In this document: positions 19,026-28,275 of the stretch, piece by piece
Numbering within the stretch: the stretch's first letter is position 1
Layout: the number at the start of each line of letters is the position of its first letter
Source: an uncultured Flavobacteriaceae bacterium
Lineage (GTDB): Bacteria > Pseudomonadota > Alphaproteobacteria > Micropepsales > Micropepsaceae
Length of the DNA stretch: 64,000 nucleotides
NCBI GenBank assembly: GCA_964483585.1
Contig: CAZABH010000002.1
Location: 65,380-129,379 of the forward strand
Reading direction: 5' to 3'
Program-made: the position numbers and the translations under genes
Notes under the pieces: generated by a model
What the model saw: the letters and a program-made list of their open reading frames with translations, nothing else
What the model was told of the DNA's origin: nothing
Database searches by the model: none

Positions 19026-19904
19026 ATGAGCAAGACAGTCTTGGGCGTCATTGGCGGTAGCGGGGTCTATGGCGTCGATGGTCTCGAGGGCGCCCGATGG
19101 GAGCGCGTCAACTCGCCGTGGGGGGAAGCATCTGACGAGCTTCTTTTCGGCCGCCTGAGTGGCGTTGACATGGTGTTCCTGCCACGTCACGGGCGAGGAC
19201 ATGTCCATACACCGACGTCGATCAACTACAGAGCCAATATCGACGTCATGAAGCGGGCGGGCGTGACGGATCTGATTTCGGTATCGGCCTGTGGGTCCTT
19301 CAAGGAGGAGTTGCCTCCAGGGATGTTCGTGCTTGCTGACCAATTCATCGACCGTACATTCGCGCGCGAGAAGTCTTTCTTCGGTCCCGGCTTTGTGGCT
19401 CACGTTTCCATGGCCCATCCCGTGTGCCCGCGGCTTGTGTCCGCGCTGACCGCGGCGGCAAAGCAAGCAGGCATCAGCCATGTCGTCGGTGGAACCTATC
19501 TTGCGATGGAGGGGCCGCAGTTCTCGACCCTCGCGGAATCCAATCTTTATCGCTCGTGGGGATGCAGCGTCATTGGCATGACGGCCATGCCGGAGGCGAA
19601 GCTCGCGCGAGAGGCGGAGTTGCCCTACGCCATGGTGGCGATGGTCACTGATTATGATTGCTGGCACCCCGATCATGACCATGTCACGGTGGATCAGGTG
19701 GTGAAGATCCTCAACGGAAATGCCGAGAATGCGCGCAAGCTGCTGAAGGCGCTCGCGCCGCTTGTCGGGCCGCAGCGCACGCCATCGCCGCTGGGGATTG
19801 AAACTACGCTCGATACGGCGCTGATCACGGCGCCTGAAAAGCGCGATGCGGCGCTGGTTGCCAAGCTCGATGCCGTCGCGGGCCGGGTTCTAAGGAAAGG
19901 CTGA
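19026..19904 (+). CDS. mtnP: S-methyl-5'-thioadenosine phosphorylase
   Basis: MSKTVLGVIGGSGVY...FLPRHGRGH...TDYDCW are typical of the MTAP/PNP family. ORF 19017 is a GTG; ATG at 19026. Confidence 0.85.
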   Translation: MSKTVLGVIGGSGVYGVDGLEGARWERVNSPWGEASDELLFGRLSGVDMVFLPRHGRGHVHTPTSINYRANIDVMKRAGVTDLISVSACGSFKEELPPGMFVLADQFIDRTFAREKSFFGPGFVAHVSMAHPVCPRLVSALTAAAKQAGISHVVGGTYLAMEGPQFSTLAESNLYRSWGCSVIGMTAMPEAKLAREAELPYAMVAMVTDYDCWHPDHDHVTVDQVVKILNGNAENARKLLKALAPLVGPQRTPSPLGIETTLDTALITAPEKRDAALVAKLDAVAGRVLRKG

Positions 19905-19907
19905 CTC

Positions 19908-20435
19908 ATGGACATCAAATCCGTCATTCGTACGATCCCGGACTATCCCAAGCCTGGAATCATGTTTCGTGACGTGACCACCCTGTTCGGCAATGCACGA
20001 GCCTTCCGCACGACTGTCGACCAGTTGGTACAACCTTATGCCGGAACCCGGATCGACAAGGTGGTGGGTATCGAGGCGCGCGGGTTCATTCTCGCGGGCG
20101 CCGTCGCGCACCAGCTTTCCGTTGGTTTCGTGCCGGTTCGCAAGAAAGGCAAGCTGCCCTGGCGAACAATCAGTCAAACTTACGATCTTGAGTACGGTAC
20201 CGATACGGTCGAGATCCACGAGGATGCCGTTGTCCGCGGAGAAAATGTGCTGTTGGTCGATGACCTGATTGCGACGGGAGGTACTGCCGAGGCTGCCATA
20301 AGGCTCATCGAGAAGGTGGGCGCAAATGTTGTGGGCTGCAGCTTCATCATCGATTTGCCCGAACTGAAGGGGCGGGCGCGTCTCGAGAAGCTCGGGAAGC
20401 GCGTGCTGTCACTGGTCGAGTTTGAGGGGCACTGA
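19908..20435 (+). CDS. apt: Adenine phosphoribosyltransferase
   Basis: 175 aa. PRPP motif [17 protein letters not shown]-terminus [18 protein letters not shown]. Confidence 0.9.
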   Translation: MDIKSVIRTIPDYPKPGIMFRDVTTLFGNARAFRTTVDQLVQPYAGTRIDKVVGIEARGFILAGAVAHQLSVGFVPVRKKGKLPWRTISQTYDLEYGTDTVEIHEDAVVRGENVLLVDDLIATGGTAEAAIRLIEKVGANVVGCSFIIDLPELKGRARLEKLGKRVLSLVEFEGH

Positions 20436-20441
20436 CGCGCC

Positions 20442-21533
20442 ATGAAGATCCATGGGCGCAGCTACCGGACCATCTGGGTGCGGCCTGATGGCTGGTCTGT
20501 CGAGGTGATAGACCAGACGCAGTTACCTTTTGTCTTCTCAACACATTTTCTTGCTTCCGTCGATGATGCGGCGACCGCCATCAAGGGTATGGTGGTTCGC
20601 GGGGCGCCACTCATCGGCGCGACTGCAGCCTATGGTTTGTGCATGGCGCTGCGATTGGATGCGTCGGACGAGGCCCTGTCGCGGGCTTATGCCCAGCTGT
20701 TGGCGACACGGCCCACGGCTATCAATCTGAAGTGGGCGCTGGACCAGATGGTTGCAGCTGTCCGACCCGTTCCGGTCTCGGCCCGCGTGCAGGCTGCCTA
20801 TGCGCGTGCTGCGCAATTGTGTGATGATGATGTCGCTACCAACGAAGCCATCGGCAAGCATGGCCTGTCTGTCATCAAGGATATTGCCGCACGAAAGCCA
20901 GGCGCGACCGTCAACATCCTGACCCACTGCAACGCAGGTTGGCTGGCATGTGTCGATTGGGGTACTGCCCTTGCGCCGATCTACATGGCGCATGATGAGG
21001 GTATTCCGGTTCATGTCTGGGTCGACGAGACAAGGCCACGAAACCAGGGTGGTTCATTGACGGCCTACGAGCTGGGTGCGCACGGCGTCAAGCACACGAT
21101 CATCGTCGACAATGCGGGCGGGCACTTCATGCAGCACGGTCAGGTCGACATGTGTATCGTCGGTACAGATCGCACATCGTCGACCGGCGATGTGGCCAAC
21201 AAGATCGGCACCTATCTCAAGGCGCTGGCAGCGCGTGACAATGGTGTGCCGTTCTATGTCGCGCTTCCCTCGTCGACCATCGACTGGACGATCAGCGATG
21301 GGCTTCGCGACATCGAGATCGAGGAGCGGTCGCCGCGCGAGGTCACCCACGTGCTTGGTCGTCTCCCCGACGGTTCGGCACATCAGGTTGAGTTGACGGC
21401 TCCCGGCAGTCCTGCAGCCAATCCTGCGTTCGATGTCACGCCCGCGCGACTGGTGACGGGCCTTATCACCGAACGTGGCGTGTGTGCGGCCTCGCGCTCT
21501 GGCCTTCTGGGCCTGTTCCCGGAACGCGCCTGA
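20442..21533 (+). CDS. mtnA: S-methyl-5-thioribose-1-phosphate isomerase
   Basis: 363 aa, eIF-2B-like family. [26 protein letters not shown] and [19 protein letters not shown]. Confidence 0.85.
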   Translation: MKIHGRSYRTIWVRPDGWSVEVIDQTQLPFVFSTHFLASVDDAATAIKGMVVRGAPLIGATAAYGLCMALRLDASDEALSRAYAQLLATRPTAINLKWALDQMVAAVRPVPVSARVQAAYARAAQLCDDDVATNEAIGKHGLSVIKDIAARKPGATVNILTHCNAGWLACVDWGTALAPIYMAHDEGIPVHVWVDETRPRNQGGSLTAYELGAHGVKHTIIVDNAGGHFMQHGQVDMCIVGTDRTSSTGDVANKIGTYLKALAARDNGVPFYVALPSSTIDWTISDGLRDIEIEERSPREVTHVLGRLPDGSAHQVELTAPGSPAANPAFDVTPARLVTGLITERGVCAASRSGLLGLFPERA

Positions 21534-22228
21534 TGGTGCGACGGCAGGGGCGCACTCAACAGCCCATGCGCGTCGGCATGGCGTCACTGTGTCAGCAGAT
21601 GCAGGATACCGGACGAGCCATGGAGCGAACGGGATTGTCCCCCGGGCGCAGCGGGAATTTTTCGGTTCGGACCGAGCATGGCATGCTGATCACGCCTACT
21701 GGAAAGGACTATGCCGAACTGCAGAGGGCTGATCTTGTCGAGGTGGATCGGGATGGGCGCTCGTCCCCGGACCATTCGGCGCCATCCAGCGAGTGGCGCA
21801 TGCATCTCTCGATTTATGCCGCGCGACCTGACTGCGAGGCAATCGTGCACACGCACTCGCTCCATGCGACGGCGCTTGCGTGTCTGCGGCAGCCCATTCC
21901 CGCATTCCACTATATGGTGGCGGCCTTTGGCGGTGTCCGCATTGATTGTGCACCCTACGCCACCTACGGGTCACCGGAGCTTGCCCGCCACGCGGTCAAA
22001 GCGCTGGGTCCTCGGAACGCCTGCCTCCTGGCAAATCATGGGGCGATTGCCCTGGGGCGGTCTCTTGCGGAGGCCTTCGAGCGCGCTGAAGTGCTGGAAG
22101 CGCTTGCTGCCCAGTACGTGATCGCCCTGCAGACAGGGCGGCCGCGGCTTCTTTCGGCGAGGGACATGAAGATTGTGCTCGAGAAGTTCCGGACCTATGG
22201 TTCGCAGGACAAGCAGGGATCTTTGTGA
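21533..22228 (+). CDS. Class II aldolase/adducin-family enzyme (MTRu-1-P aldolase Ald2-like or MtnB dehydratase)
   Basis: GRSGNFSVR...LITPTGKDY...PSSEWRMHLSIY...IVHTHS...LLANHGAIALG. The ATG at 21533 overlaps the mtnA stop (TGATG). Confidence 0.7.
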   Translation: MVRRQGRTQQPMRVGMASLCQQMQDTGRAMERTGLSPGRSGNFSVRTEHGMLITPTGKDYAELQRADLVEVDRDGRSSPDHSAPSSEWRMHLSIYAARPDCEAIVHTHSLHATALACLRQPIPAFHYMVAAFGGVRIDCAPYATYGSPELARHAVKALGPRNACLLANHGAIALGRSLAEAFERAEVLEALAAQYVIALQTGRPRLLSARDMKIVLEKFRTYGSQDKQGSL

Positions 22229-22971
22229 TGCCTACAGCCCTGATTACCGGAGCCGCCCGTCGCCTTGGCCGGCAGATTGCGCTCGTGCTCGCGTCCGAAG
22301 GTTGGGACATCGCGATCCATTATCTCTCGAGTGAAAGTGATGCGCTGAGCCTCAGTGCCGAGGTGCAGGGCATGGGTCGCCGATGCGGTCTGGTGCGCGC
22401 AGACCTGGCTATCGAGGCGGAAGTCCAGGGTATTGTCGGCCGTGCCGAGGCTTGTGTGGGACCTGTCCGTGTGCTGGTCAATTGTGCGTCGGTCTTTGAA
22501 GATGACCGCGTTGATACCGCAACGCGCGCGAGCTGGGACAGGCACCTGGAGACGAACCTGCGCGCGCCCTTCGTTCTGTCGCAGGCGTTTGCTGCGCGCG
22601 TCGGCGAGGGCGAGGATGGTTGCATCGTGAACCTGATCGACCAATCCATCTTGCGGCTCACGCCGCAATTCATCTCCTACACGGTCTCCAAGGCGGGATT
22701 ATGGACGCTGACGCAGACGATGGCACAGGCGCTTGCTCCGCGCATTCGGGTCAATGCCGTGGCGCCGGGACCGTCGTTAAAGGCCTCGCACCAAAGCGAG
22801 GCCAATTTTGATCGACAGGTGCAGTCGACTCTTTTGCAACGTCCATCGGGGCCGGACCAGATTGCGGCAGCCGTTTCCTACCTTGTGTCCGCCAGGGCTG
22901 TGACGGGGCAGATGATCGCGGTCGACAGCGGGCAGCATCTTTCATGGTCTGCCGGCGACTTCGTGGAGTAA
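22225..22971 (+). CDS. SDR oxidoreductase, FolM/PTR1-like pteridine reductase type
   Basis: Glycine motif variant ITGAARRLG (TGxxxRxG) and YxxxK (YTVSKAG). ATGA overlap with the aldolase stop. Directly upstream of folB. Confidence 0.6.
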   Translation: MMPTALITGAARRLGRQIALVLASEGWDIAIHYLSSESDALSLSAEVQGMGRRCGLVRADLAIEAEVQGIVGRAEACVGPVRVLVNCASVFEDDRVDTATRASWDRHLETNLRAPFVLSQAFAARVGEGEDGCIVNLIDQSILRLTPQFISYTVSKAGLWTLTQTMAQALAPRIRVNAVAPGPSLKASHQSEANFDRQVQSTLLQRPSGPDQIAAAVSYLVSARAVTGQMIAVDSGQHLSWSAGDFVE

Positions 22972-22977
22972 TGTCTC

Positions 22978-23403
22978 GTGGCCAATGAAAGAGCCCAGGT
23001 CCAACCCTTGCGCATCGCCGATGCGCGTCGGCGCATCCGCCACGTCTTCGTGCGCGATCTCGAGCTGGATGCGAATATTGGCGTTTATCATCGTGAGAAA
23101 GGTCAGGCCCAGCCGGTGCGGATCAATGTGGATCTGACGGTTGAAGAGGGGGATATGCCCCTCGAGGACAGGCTCTCGAATGTGGTCGACTATGGTGCTG
23201 TCGTCGATGGCATCAAGGACATCCTTGCCGGAGGGCACTTGAACCTCGTCGAGACGCTTGCCGAGCAAATTGCGTCCTTCTGCCTGGAGGACCAGCGTGT
23301 CCGGGTTGCCAGGGTGCGTATCGAGAAGCTGCAGGTCGTTGCCGAGGCCAAGTCGGTTGGTGTCGAGATCGAGCGCGAGGCCGAGCGGTCGGCGTTCAGG
23401 TGA
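22978..23403 (+). CDS. folB: Dihydroneopterin aldolase
   Basis: 141 aa. IGVYHREKGQAQPVRINVDL and DYGAVVDGI...NLVETLAEQIA fit the FolB tunnel fold. GTG start. Confidence 0.75.
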   Translation: MANERAQVQPLRIADARRRIRHVFVRDLELDANIGVYHREKGQAQPVRINVDLTVEEGDMPLEDRLSNVVDYGAVVDGIKDILAGGHLNLVETLAEQIASFCLEDQRVRVARVRIEKLQVVAEAKSVGVEIEREAERSAFR

Positions 23404-23409
23404 TCCGGC

Positions 23410-25359
23410 ATGTCGCAGGTCGATGACACCAAGGGCAGTTCCTCGCCGGAGACGCCCGGGCTTCTGGCGCGGGGTGCCGAGGTCATCGCTGCGTACCTGC
23501 CGCGGCTGCCTCATGCCCCTGGCGTCTATCGCATGATCGGGGCTGACGGGTCCGTGCTCTATGTGGGCAAGGCAGCCAGCCTGAGGAAGCGCGTGCAGGC
23601 CTATACCAAGCCTTTCGACCAGCCCCAGCGTATCGCGCGCATGATTGCCCATACCGTCAGCATGGAGTTCGTGCAGACGGCATCAGAGGTCGAGGCGCTT
23701 CTGCTTGAAGCAAACCTCATCAAGCGGTTGAAGCCGCGCTATAATATCCTTCTGCGCGATGACAAGTCGTTTCCCCACATCCTGATCACGGCTGACCACG
23801 AGGCGCCGCAACTGGTCAAGCACCGCGGGGCGAAGTCACGCAAAGGTGATTATTTCGGTCCCTTTGCGTCCGCAGGTGCAGTGAACCGCACCCTCAACAC
23901 GCTGCAGCGAGCGTTCCTTTTGCGCAGTTGTTCGGATGCGGTCTATTCAGGGCGAACGCGGCCTTGCCTGCTCTATCAGATCAAGCGGTGCGCAGCGCCA
24001 TGCGTCGGGAAGGTAACGCATGAGGACTACCAGCGGCTGGTGGCGGACGCGCGTGACTTCATGCGTGGCCGGGGACAGGATGTGCGTAACAGTCTCTCGG
24101 TAGAGATGGAGGCTGCCGCGGCTGCTCTGGACTTCGAGAAGGCGGCGAAGCTGCGTGACCGTATCCGGGCCCTTGCGCATGTTCAGCTTCAACAGGGTAT
24201 CAATCCTGACACAATCAGCGAAGCGGATCTCTTTGCCCTTCATCAGGACGGGGGGCAAAGCTGCGTCCAGGTCATCTTCTTCAGGTCCGGGCAGAACTGG
24301 GGCAACCATGTGTTCTTCCCCCGCCATGAGCGTGGTGTGGAACCAGCCGAGCTTCTGGCCGGCTTTGTCTCGCAGTTCTATGACGAGCGAGACCCGCCGC
24401 GTAGCGTTATCCTGAGCCATGATGTCGATGAGGCGGGCCTGCTGGCCGAGGCGCTTTCCCAGAAGGCAGGGCGCCGGGTCGAGTTGATTGTGCCGCAGCG
24501 CGGCGAGAAGCGTGACCTCATGGGCCAGGCGATGCTGAATGCGCGTGAGGCACTGGCTCGCAAGATGGCCGACAGCGCGTCCCAGTTGCAGATGCTGGCT
24601 GAGGTTGGAGAGGCCTTTGGGCTGGATGCGCCACCGCGCCGGATCGAGGTCTATGACAACAGTCACATCCAGGGCGCTCATAGCGTGGGCGCCATGATCG
24701 TTGCTGGTGCAGAGGGATTGCTCAAGACCCAGTACCGGAAGTTCAACATCAAGGGCGTGGATACTGCGCCCGGTGACGATTACGGCATGATGCGTGAGGT
24801 TCTGGCCCGTCGTTTCAGGAAACTTGCCCGTCAGCAGGATCAGGTGGCGGACGAACCCGTTGCGTTCGATGCGGCTGCGGAGGATGAGGATCCAGCAGAT
24901 GTTCCCGTGCCCGATCTTGTTCTCGTCGATGGCGGGGCAGGGCAGTTGGCGCAGGCGCTGCAGGTCGTTCGCGACCTCGGTGTGCGGGGTGTAGCGGTTG
25001 TCGCGATTGCCAAGGGGCCGGAGCGTGATGCCGGACGTGAGCATTTCTTCATGGAGGGGCGGGCGCCGTTCCAACTGGAAGCGAAGAGCCCGGTGCTGTT
25101 CTACCTGCAGCGGCTGCGTGACGAAGCCCATCGCTTTGCCATCGGCGCGCATCGGGCGAAGCGGGCGAAGTCACTGACGCGCTCGCCGCTGGACGAGATC
25201 GACGGGATCGGACCGGCGCGGAAGCGGGCCCTGCTCAACCATTTCGGGTCCGGCAGGGCGGTTACCCGCGCAGGACTGTCCGACCTTGAGTCGGTCAAAG
25301 GGGTTTCGAAGGAGCTTGCCCGCAAGATTTACGAGCATTTCCACGAGAAAGGCCCGTAA
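23410..25359 (+). CDS. uvrC: Excinuclease ABC subunit C
   Basis: 649 aa. GIY-YIG N-terminus (PGVYRMIGADGSVLYVGKA...RYN). C-terminal (HhH)2 (IDGIGPARKRALLNHFGS). Confidence 0.95.
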   Translation: MSQVDDTKGSSSPETPGLLARGAEVIAAYLPRLPHAPGVYRMIGADGSVLYVGKAASLRKRVQAYTKPFDQPQRIARMIAHTVSMEFVQTASEVEALLLEANLIKRLKPRYNILLRDDKSFPHILITADHEAPQLVKHRGAKSRKGDYFGPFASAGAVNRTLNTLQRAFLLRSCSDAVYSGRTRPCLLYQIKRCAAPCVGKVTHEDYQRLVADARDFMRGRGQDVRNSLSVEMEAAAAALDFEKAAKLRDRIRALAHVQLQQGINPDTISEADLFALHQDGGQSCVQVIFFRSGQNWGNHVFFPRHERGVEPAELLAGFVSQFYDERDPPRSVILSHDVDEAGLLAEALSQKAGRRVELIVPQRGEKRDLMGQAMLNAREALARKMADSASQLQMLAEVGEAFGLDAPPRRIEVYDNSHIQGAHSVGAMIVAGAEGLLKTQYRKFNIKGVDTAPGDDYGMMREVLARRFRKLARQQDQVADEPVAFDAAAEDEDPADVPVPDLVLVDGGAGQLAQALQVVRDLGVRGVAVVAIAKGPERDAGREHFFMEGRAPFQLEAKSPVLFYLQRLRDEAHRFAIGAHRAKRAKSLTRSPLDEIDGIGPARKRALLNHFGSGRAVTRAGLSDLESVKGVSKELARKIYEHFHEKGP

Positions 25360-25434
25360 GCGTGTATTCCGGTGCGAGAATTTGTACCAACGACGCCATT
25401 TCCACTTTCCGCAATTCGGCATTATCCTGCGCGT

Positions 25435-26043
25435 ATGGGTGATCATCTTCCTAATCTTCTGACCTTGGCGCGGATTGCGCTGGTGCCGGCGTTCGTTGCT
25501 TCATTCTGGATGACGATGCCCGCCGGTCGGTGGGTCGCTTTCGTCGTCTTTGTAGTGGCGGCGTTGACGGATTATGCGGATGGCTGGCTTGCGCGGTCGA
25601 GGAATCTCGAGTCGCGGCTGGGGCAGATGCTGGATCCGATTGCGGACAAGCTGCTGGTGTCCGCGGCCCTTGTGATGCTGGTCTATAATGACGATATCCG
25701 TGGACTGGTCATCATCCCGGCACTGGTCATCCTGGCGCGCGAGATCCTTGTGTCGGGCATGCGCGAGTTCCTGGCCAGCATTGCGGTCCAGGTTCCAGTG
25801 TCTTCAGTCTCCAAGTTCAAGACGGCCGTGCAGCTTGTTGCCCTGTCGATGCTAATCCTTGCACCTGCGGTCGAGCATGTCTGGGGGTGGTTGCACATCG
25901 CAGGGATTGTCTCGCTGTGGGGGGCGGCGGTGCTGACCATCTATACCGGGTTCAGCTATGTGCAGGCGAACCTCGCGCATGTGTCCCAGGAGGATGCGCG
26001 TGACCGCGAGCGGCGGCATGCGGCGCTCAGGCATCCGACGTGA
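25435..26043 (+). CDS. pgsA: CDP-diacylglycerol--glycerol-3-phosphate 3-phosphatidyltransferase
   Basis: CDP-alcohol transferase motif DYADGWLARSRNLESRLGQMLDPIADK. ORF 25372..26043; ATG at 25435 gives MGDHLPNLLTLARI. Confidence 0.85.
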   Translation: MGDHLPNLLTLARIALVPAFVASFWMTMPAGRWVAFVVFVVAALTDYADGWLARSRNLESRLGQMLDPIADKLLVSAALVMLVYNDDIRGLVIIPALVILAREILVSGMREFLASIAVQVPVSSVSKFKTAVQLVALSMLILAPAVEHVWGWLHIAGIVSLWGAAVLTIYTGFSYVQANLAHVSQEDARDRERRHAALRHPT

Positions 26044-26291
26044 GGGTTCTCTACTTTGCATGGCTGCGGCAGCATGTGGGCTGTTCCGAGGAAGCGGTGG
26101 TTCCCCCTGCTGACGTGAGGACCGTTGGTCAGCTGATTTCCTGGCTTTCGAGGCGTGGGGACGGGTATGCGCGCGCGCTCGCCGATCCGACGCGGATCCG
26201 GGCTGCTGTAAACCAGGTGCATGTGCCATTTTCCGCAGAGATTGCGTCTGGCGACGAGATCGCACTTTTTCCGCCGGTGACTGGCGGATGA
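26040..26291 (+). CDS. moaD: Molybdopterin synthase sulfur-carrier subunit
   Basis: 83 aa, ubiquitin-like, ends in FPPVTGG (C-terminal GG). Start overlaps the pgsA stop (GTGA). Confidence 0.8.
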   Translation: MRVLYFAWLRQHVGCSEEAVVPPADVRTVGQLISWLSRRGDGYARALADPTRIRAAVNQVHVPFSAEIASGDEIALFPPVTGG

Positions 26292-26746
26292 TTCGCGTTA
26301 GCGTGCAGCGGGATGATTTCGATGCAGCGTTTGTCCTGCGCCAAGTGAGCGACGAGGCGGGGGGTGTCGGTGCCGTTGCGAGCTTCATCGGGATCGTCAG
26401 GCCCGAGAGCCAGGGAGAGCGGCTTGTTTCGCTCGAAATAGAGCATTACCCCGGAATGACCGAGCGCGAGCTTGCGCGCATTGCGGGGGCTGCGGCATCG
26501 CGTTGGCCGCTTTCCGCCCTTTCGGTCATCCATCGCTATGGCGTGCTTGAGGCCGGCGCGCAAATCGTTCTTGTCGTGGCTGCGTCTTCGCATCGGCAGG
26601 CCGCCTTCGATGCAGTCCAGTTCGTCATGGATTACCTGAAGACAGAAGCGCCTTTCTGGAAACGCGAGCATCGAAGTTCAGGCTCGTACTGGGTGGAGGC
26701 GCGCGTCAGCGATACTGAGGCTGCCGCGCGCTGGGATTTATCCTGA
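26288..26746 (+). CDS. moaE: Molybdopterin synthase catalytic subunit
   Basis: 152 aa. GAVASFIGIVR...HYPGMTE...WKRE pattern. ATGA overlap with moaD. Confidence 0.85.
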   Translation: MIRVSVQRDDFDAAFVLRQVSDEAGGVGAVASFIGIVRPESQGERLVSLEIEHYPGMTERELARIAGAAASRWPLSALSVIHRYGVLEAGAQIVLVVAASSHRQAAFDAVQFVMDYLKTEAPFWKREHRSSGSYWVEARVSDTEAAARWDLS

Positions 26747-26756
26747 CCGGTAGTGA

Positions 26757-27647
26757 TCAGCTCGGGATCGCATATTTGCCGCGAACGAGGTTTGCATAGT
26801 CGTCCATCAGTGTTCGCGTGATGTTGCCGACTTCAAACTTCCAGCGGCCGATGCTCCCGACTGGCGTAACTTCAGCGGCAGAGCCGGTCAGGAAGCATTC
26901 CGAGAAGCCTTCTACGTCCTTGCTTTCGATATAGGTTTCCACCACGTCGATCTGGCGCGCGCGGGCCAGGTCCATCACGGTCTGGCGGGTGATGCCGTTG
27001 AGGAAGCAGTCCGCATGAGGCGTGAACAGGCTATTGTCCTTGACGAAGAAGATGTTTGCACCGGTCGCTTCGGCCACCAGGCCGCGCCAGTCATACATCA
27101 GCGCATCTGCAAAGCCCTTCTGCTCGGCTTCGTGCTTCGATAGCGTGCAGATCATGTAGAGGCCGGCGGCTTTGGCTTTCCAGGGTGTCGTGTCCGGTGC
27201 AGGCCGGCGCCAGCGCGAGATGTCCATCGCGATCCCCTTCTTCTTGATCTCGGGATCGAACATGGATGGCCAGGGCCAGACGGCGATTGCGACGTGGATC
27301 TTCGCCTTCTGTGCGCTCACGGCCATTTGCTCGCTGCCGCGCCAGGCGACGGGACGCATATAGGCGTCGTCCATGCCCTGCGCCTCGACAACTTGCCGGC
27401 AGGCGTCGTTGATCTGCTGCGGGGTGAACGGAATCTCGAACCCCATGAGCCGGGCGGACTGGAACAGGCGGTCGGTGTGCTGTTCCAGCTTGAAGATCCG
27501 GCGGTTGTATACGCGCTGTCCTTCAAAGATGCATGAACCATAATGAAGGCCATGCGTCAGCACGTGCACCTTGGCGTCCCGCCAGGGCACGAGCTTGCCA
27601 TCGAGCCAGATCTGGCCGTCGCGGTCATCAAACGGGATAAGAGACAT
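26757..27647 (-). CDS. ilvE: Branched-chain amino acid aminotransferase
   Basis: 296 aa, class IV aminotransferase. HGLHYGSCIFEGQR, EATGANIFFV, GITRQTV. Confidence 0.9.
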   Translation of the reverse strand: MSLIPFDDRDGQIWLDGKLVPWRDAKVHVLTHGLHYGSCIFEGQRVYNRRIFKLEQHTDRLFQSARLMGFEIPFTPQQINDACRQVVEAQGMDDAYMRPVAWRGSEQMAVSAQKAKIHVAIAVWPWPSMFDPEIKKKGIAMDISRWRRPAPDTTPWKAKAAGLYMICTLSKHEAEQKGFADALMYDWRGLVAEATGANIFFVKDNSLFTPHADCFLNGITRQTVMDLARARQIDVVETYIESKDVEGFSECFLTGSAAEVTPVGSIGRWKFEVGNITRTLMDDYANLVRGKYAIPS

Positions 27648-27705
27648 GCCTGTTACTCCTTACAAGGGCCCATTGGTTAAGGCGCCTTCCGACAGATGCT
27701 GGTGA

Positions 27706-27730
27706 AGGCCTGCTTGCAGCGGGCAGGCCT
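27706..27730. promoter_or_regulatory. Inverted repeat AGGCCTGC-N9-GCAGGCCT (candidate MarR operator)
   Basis: Perfect 8-bp arms in the ilvE/marR intergenic region, just upstream of the MarR ORF. Arms this short occur by chance. Confidence 0.25.
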
Positions 27731-27741
27731 CGCACCGTATT

Positions 27742-28275
27742 GTGACCATATCTGCCACAAGGACCCTGCATGCTTCCAGCAGGCAATCAATGAAGGCGTC
27801 AGCACCACTCCTTTATCTGCGCGAAGAGGAACTCACCGATGGGGTTGAGCTGTTCTTCTTTGCCAGCAGGGATGTTGGCTGTGCGCTCGACGCGGCGTTG
27901 CTGCGGCTTGGATTGGGTCGGGCACATGCGCGGGCGATCCATTTTATTGCGCGGCAGCCCGGCCTGTCGGTATCCGCGCTTCTGGGAATCCTGGGGATCA
28001 CGAAACAATCTCTCGGGCGCGTCCTGAAGGAGCTGCACGCCCTCGGCCTTGTCTCGCAGGCTTCCGGGCAAAAAGACAAGCGGCAGCGCCTGCTCCGCCT
28101 GACCGATCAGGGTCTGGAGGTGGCCTCCGAGCTTGCGGCCTTGCAGCGTGCCCTTTTTGCCAAGGCTTTCCGTTCGGCCGGGCCGGAAGCCGTTGCCGGG
28201 TTCCGGCTGGTACTCAGCGGTCTTATCAACGAGGAGGAGCGGGCGAGTGTGCTGCGCCTGCTGTCCCGGCGATGA
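27742..28275 (+). CDS. MarR-family transcriptional regulator
   Basis: Winged-helix region LSVSALLGILGITKQSLGRVLKELHALGLVSQASGQKDKRQRLLRLTDQG. Start uncertain (GTG 27742 or ATG 27790). Confidence 0.7.
   Translation: MTISATRTLHASSRQSMKASAPLLYLREEELTDGVELFFFASRDVGCALDAALLRLGLGRAHARAIHFIARQPGLSVSALLGILGITKQSLGRVLKELHALGLVSQASGQKDKRQRLLRLTDQGLEVASELAALQRALFAKAFRSAGPEAVAGFRLVLSGLINEEERASVLRLLSRR

Noticed and set aside
23947-25152. 401-aa minus-strand ORF
   Set aside because: It is antisense to uvrC, which is full length with GIY-YIG and HhH motifs.
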